64,000 bases of DNA from Acidimicrobiia bacterium (GTDB lineage Bacteria > Actinomycetota > Acidimicrobiia > UBA2766). How positions within the stretch are numbered: the stretch's first letter is position 1; every line of letters starts with the position of its first letter. The stretch is from positions 152,434 through 216,433 of the forward strand of contig JADZDR010000035.1 of assembly GCA_020850945.1 (NCBI GenBank). Reading direction: 5' to 3'. Below are positions 59,935 through 64,000 of this stretch, one piece after another. The notes under the pieces are model-generated. The model was given only the letters and a program-made list of their open reading frames with translations, did not search any database and had not been told where the DNA came from. Both the position numbers and the translations under genes were made by a program.

Positions 59935-61167
59935 TCAGCCGTAGAGCTTGTGTCGGATCCAGCGTTCGATCGAGGGTGTGGCGGGTGGGGACCGGCTCGT
60001 GAGACGGCGTCCGGTGGGGCTGGTGAACGTGAGGTCGTCGTTGGGGTTGCCAGATATTCGCCAGCCGCCTTCGTGTACGTGCCAGTGGTGGTAGTGGCAG
60101 AGGCTGGTGAGCCCGGCGAGTTCGGTGAGGCCGCCTTGGGAGACGGGGGTGTTGTGGTGGAACTGGATCCAGGCGCGGCGTGTGCAGCCGGGGAAGCGGC
60201 AGTGGCGGTCGCGGTGGCGGAGGAGGCGGGCGAGTTTGGGTGGGATCTGGCGTGTCGTGTTGGTGAACGCCACGGGGTTGCCGTCGTCGTCGACGAGGAC
60301 CGTTTGGAGGCGGCAGTCACAGAGGAGGCGCTGCAGGGTCTCGTGCGCGATGGTCGGGCCCCCCTCGATCTCGGCGACTTCGGTACGTTCGCCGGTGAAG
60401 ACGTCGAACGGTGCCTGTACGACGACGGTCGCCCTGTCGGGGTCGGGGTCGGCGCCGATCGCTCTGGCGGCCAAGGCCACAAGTGCATCGGCACATCGTG
60501 CCGTCCACGGGTCGGGGCGGCCGGTCAGGGGGTTGAGCGGGGTTTGGCGGGCGAGGCGGGTTACGGCTTTGTCGAGTGTGGCTCCGAGCGTGTCGGGCAG
60601 GCTGAAGTCTCCTTCCCAGTTCCGTTCGGTTTCGTTCCACCACATACGCAGGCTGCGTCGTTCCCAGGCGTCGCGGGCGTCGTCGACGGTGACGGGTTCG
60701 TGGCGGCGTGCCTCGCGTTCGAGGCGGGCCACGGTCATCGTCTGGGCACGCTGGGCCCAGACGGCGTCGGTTTGGGCCGTGACGAAGCGCACGAGCACTC
60801 GTACCTGATCCAGGGTGAGGAGCCCGGCCCCGAACGCCTCTGCCACGGCGGGCAGCTCCTGCATGCCTACTGCGATCTCGGCCCAGGCATGCGCGGTGCG
60901 GGCATGCACCTTGAGGCGGGCGAGCAGCCAGTGCGCGGCGTCGACGGCGCCGTCGGCTGTCCAGTCTTCGGCTTCGTCGGCGGCGGCAACTGTGTCGAGC
61001 ATGACCCGCTGTGTGGCAGCTGTGATCGCATGGCATTGCTCGATGATGTGCGCCCGTTCGTCGGGTGTCGCCCGACGGATCCAGGCGCGGAACTCTGCGA
61101 GTGTCACGTCGCCACACTCGGTATCGGCGTCGCCCCCGGTCGAGGTGTCCCCGAACACTGCGGTCAT
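59935..61167 (-). mobile_element. DUF222 + HNH endonuclease family protein (REP13E12-like actinobacterial element)
   Basis: C-terminal HNH: CRFPGCTRRAWIQFHH...CHYHHWHVHEGGW. The N-terminal ~300 aa are DUF222-like. Confidence 0.75.
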
Positions 61168-61562
61168 CCGCCGGCCCCTTCCGCATCGAACACCTGTTCG
61201 ACTGACGGCACCATCGTATCACCCCCCTGTGACACAAGACCGCAGTTGCGCTCTCAATGCGGGGCGGTACGCATGCGCTCCCGGATCAGAGCCTCGGCAG
61301 CGCTGGTGCCAGGCCATCGGGTCGACGACGAGCTCCTGGCCGAGCTTGCGCATGGAGAACCCGTAGAGGTCGTCGTGATCGTTGGCGGTCGTGCCTGCCG
61401 TCACAAGAACGTCGACGATCTCCGGGGCAGCAGCCCCGGAGAGCCGTCCCACACCTTTCTCTCATGTCACCTGCTGGCAGGTCGGGGTGCACGAACCGGT
61501 CCGCCAGACTCCCCACGAAGGGACGTTGCCGTCGGGGGATTCGCCTGCCATCATCCGCCCTG

Positions 61563-62948
61563 ATGAATCCACCAGTGCGGAACCGGTGTGAGCCCGCTGC
61601 ATTGAGCGAGGCGGACGTGAAGGCCGCCCTCGCCCGGATCGCGGGCCGCGATGCGGAGGCCGGCGAGGAAGCCCGGTACGTGTACGACGGTCTGACTTGG
61701 GGGGAGGGGCCGGGAGCGTTGCACCTGGCGGGCGTTCAGGACTGGCTCTGGTACCGCGTGCCGACCAAGTACCTCACGGACGAGGAGGGCTACATGAGCC
61801 GCCTTGCCCGGGTGGCGGCGGAGCTGTTCGACGAGCTCGGGCTGGACGCCTATGCGGAGGTGTGCCTGTCCAAGTCCACGGCTGGTGTGCATGCGGCGTT
61901 CGAACGGTCCGATGGCGACGGGTTCAAGGCACTGGTCGAGGCCCGGGACCGCTCGGGGATCGATCCGCCCGACCTGGACGACTTCTCGTGGGGGAAGGTG
62001 ATGGGCCTCGACGAGGCGACGGCCCTGTCCGTGGTCGAACACACCTTGGAGCGAGCTGTCGCCGCGGGCGACCTGGTGGTGGGAGGGCGGAGTTGGCGCC
62101 GCCGCCAGAAGGAGATCACGGCGGAGACTCTCGACGCGGACCACCCGGAGAGGCCCGGCCAGTCGTGGCGTACGGTGGTGGTCACCGAACGTGTCCAGAC
62201 ATGGGTGGAGCGGGCCGGGATGCGCTCCGAGAGCATGGGTCGTCTCCATGCCGCTGTTGCCGACAGGCTGTTGAACCCGATCGCCCCACCGCCTGATGTG
62301 GCCGAGAGGTTGAGGCCGGTGATGTGGCTTCTCGGCATCTTCGGCGAGAGCCAGTCCCTCACCCAGGCCGGCTATCTGAACACGGCCTTCGTGCGAATTG
62401 TCCAGGCCGATCGACCCTGGGAGGATCCGTTCCCCCCTCGGCGTACGCCCCGTTCCGAAAGCGAGGACATCACGCTGGGCCGGCTGCGGGAACTCCTCGA
62501 GGGCGCAGGGGCGCTTCGCAAGCGCGGCCAGACGTTGCGTCGGACCCGGCGCGGTGCGGAGATGGCGCTGGATCCCGTGGCGGCGTGGTCGGCTCTGGCC
62601 GATGGCCTCGGCACAGACCCGTGGGATCGCTTCGTGGCCGAAGCGGCCGGACTGGTCATGGTCGACCGTGAAGCCGAGGTCCCCGCTGCCGAGCTCGCCG
62701 AGGTGGTCGCCGCAGCCGCCGCAGAACTTGGCTGGTGCATGTCCGGGGACGCCGGTCCGCAACCGCCTTCCGAGCGGAACGTGTCGTGGGCCTTCAGCGG
62801 CACACGCGCGGTCCTCAGACTGTGCGGGATGCTCGAAGAGCACGGCGACTGGGGTGACCGGCGCTATGTCCTCACAGCGGCGGGTGAGGCAACCGTTCTC
62901 GCCATGTTGCGCAAGAGCGCGGCAGGCCCGAGGCAACATCCGTGGTGA
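61563..62948 (+). CDS. hypothetical protein (461 aa, no recognisable domain)
   Basis: ATG at 61563. Balanced, non-Arg-biased composition and GC3-rich codons. Its stop overlaps the GTG of the next ORF. Confidence 0.55.
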   Translation: MNPPVRNRCEPAALSEADVKAALARIAGRDAEAGEEARYVYDGLTWGEGPGALHLAGVQDWLWYRVPTKYLTDEEGYMSRLARVAAELFDELGLDAYAEVCLSKSTAGVHAAFERSDGDGFKALVEARDRSGIDPPDLDDFSWGKVMGLDEATALSVVEHTLERAVAAGDLVVGGRSWRRRQKEITAETLDADHPERPGQSWRTVVVTERVQTWVERAGMRSESMGRLHAAVADRLLNPIAPPPDVAERLRPVMWLLGIFGESQSLTQAGYLNTAFVRIVQADRPWEDPFPPRRTPRSESEDITLGRLRELLEGAGALRKRGQTLRRTRRGAEMALDPVAAWSALADGLGTDPWDRFVAEAAGLVMVDREAEVPAAELAEVVAAAAAELGWCMSGDAGPQPPSERNVSWAFSGTRAVLRLCGMLEEHGDWGDRRYVLTAAGEATVLAMLRKSAAGPRQHPW

Positions 62949-64000
62949 AGGAGGCATCGACCAGACGCGCGCCCCGTTTCGGACCCGAGACCTGGCAGGT
63001 ACGCGGCGGGCGGGACTGGTCACTGTGGGACTTGTGGTTCTGCGCCGTCGCGGTCGTCGACCACGACGGCGACCTCGGCGCACTCGCCGGGGTGTTCGTC
63101 GAAGCGCTCCGCGCCCACGGCCTCGTCGAGCGGGATGCGAACGAAGCCAAGCTGAGCCACCTCGCCGACCTGCGCGCTCGCCTGTCAGGGGCGGGCCTGG
63201 ATGCAGCCGACCTGGCAGACGCAGACGTACGTGCAGACACGCGGATCCTGCGGCGCGCCCGTGAGAAAGTGGTCGGCCGGCGCAGCCTGGAGCAGCGTGC
63301 ATGCTCACCTGCCATGATCGACACTCCCCGGCGGCGCCTCCAACACAGGGCGCGATACGGCCATTGGACGAAGTTCCCCTCCGACCCGGCCCGGTTCTAC
63401 GAGAAGTTCCGGTCCACGGTGCTGCGCAAGGATCACGTCCCCAAAGGCAGGACCTTCGCCGTCGTCTCGCGTCTCGAGGGGCGCCTCGACGGACTGGACG
63501 GCCCGCGCCGGACCCTGCCCGATCGGCTGGCCCTCTACAGGGCGTTTCACACGGCCGGCCTCGAGCTTGCAGACGCCGCCGACGACAGCTACGGCAACAT
63601 CGGCGAGGCCCGCACCAGGGCTTGGCTCACCTATCTGGGCATCGACTGGCGTACGGCAGGCATCGAACCGGCCGCGTACTGGCAGGATCTGTGCGAGCTG
63701 CGAGTCTGGGAGCCCTACGCCGTCGACCATCAGCGCGAGTCCGCCTGGTTCCGCGGGGCCCGGCACGGCGACGTCGAGCTGATCGAGGGGATCCTCCTCG
63801 CAGCGGAGGAGGAGTACCGCGGTGTCGTGCTCGACTGGGAAGCCGACGAATCGCTACAAGCGCTCGCAGACCTCTATCTCGCCACACGGTCGCGGGAACG
63901 GTACGTGGCCGCCGCAGGTCGGCTCGGCTCGCAGTGGTGGCGTCCGATCGAAGCAATGGCCGCATCCCAGCTCGAAGTGAACGACAACGCCGGCGCGGTC
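62945..64000 (+). CDS. hypothetical protein, partial (open to window end, no recognisable domain)
   Basis: Frame +2 is open from GTG 62942/62945 (GTGA overlap) to position 64000. Protein-like composition (…AYWQDLCELRVWEPYAVDHQRESAWFRG…). It is not in the ORF track because no stop is reached. Confidence 0.5.
   Translation, partial: MKEASTRRAPRFGPETWQVRGGRDWSLWDLWFCAVAVVDHDGDLGALAGVFVEALRAHGLVERDANEAKLSHLADLRARLSGAGLDAADLADADVRADTRILRRAREKVVGRRSLEQRACSPAMIDTPRRRLQHRARYGHWTKFPSDPARFYEKFRSTVLRKDHVPKGRTFAVVSRLEGRLDGLDGPRRTLPDRLALYRAFHTAGLELADAADDSYGNIGEARTRAWLTYLGIDWRTAGIEPAAYWQDLCELRVWEPYAVDHQRESAWFRGARHGDVELIEGILLAAEEEYRGVVLDWEADESLQALADLYLATRSRERYVAAAGRLGSQWWRPIEAMAASQLEVNDNAGAV

Overview
This is a high-GC (about 68-70%) Actinobacteria-like chromosomal window. 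Many genes are translationally coupled by GTGA/ATGA start-stop overlaps, and the window contains a DUF222/HNH element. Coding density is about 90% across roughly 55 genes, mostly housekeeping and metabolism, plus transport, a nitrous oxide reductase cluster and a probable island edge.

Housekeeping and metabolism genes: ftsH (5' part), hpf, ettA, thiolase, an LCP-family protein, icd, aceE, ggt, menB, three acyl-CoA dehydrogenases, an enoyl-CoA hydratase and a bcp-type peroxiredoxin.

Transport:
- two branched-chain-amino-acid (Liv-like) ABC operons with fused permeases;
- a FtsX/MacB-type ABC pair;
- an ECF transporter whose S component and duplicated ATPase are fused into a single 779-aa ORF, with ecfT downstream;
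- a thiamine diphosphokinase gene lies 1.6 kb from the ECF transporter.

Nitrous oxide reductase cluster: a complete atypical cluster with a Sec-type signal. It comprises nosL and a cytochrome c, transcribed divergently from nosZ, a nosB-like gene, nosD, nosF and nosY.

Probable island edge at the 3' end: an HNH/DUF222 element flanked by decayed gene remnants (a GH32 C-terminal fragment and others), followed by two coupled genes of unknown function that run off the window.

Non-coding structure:
- a 46-bp perfect palindrome between aceE and ggt;
- a 30-bp tandem direct repeat plus nested GC palindromes in the ECF/acyl-CoA-synthetase divergent region;
- a 13-bp-stem GC hairpin between nosZ and nosB.

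No rRNA, tRNA or CRISPR array was recognised. Coordinates of starts are approximate to within a few codons where noted.
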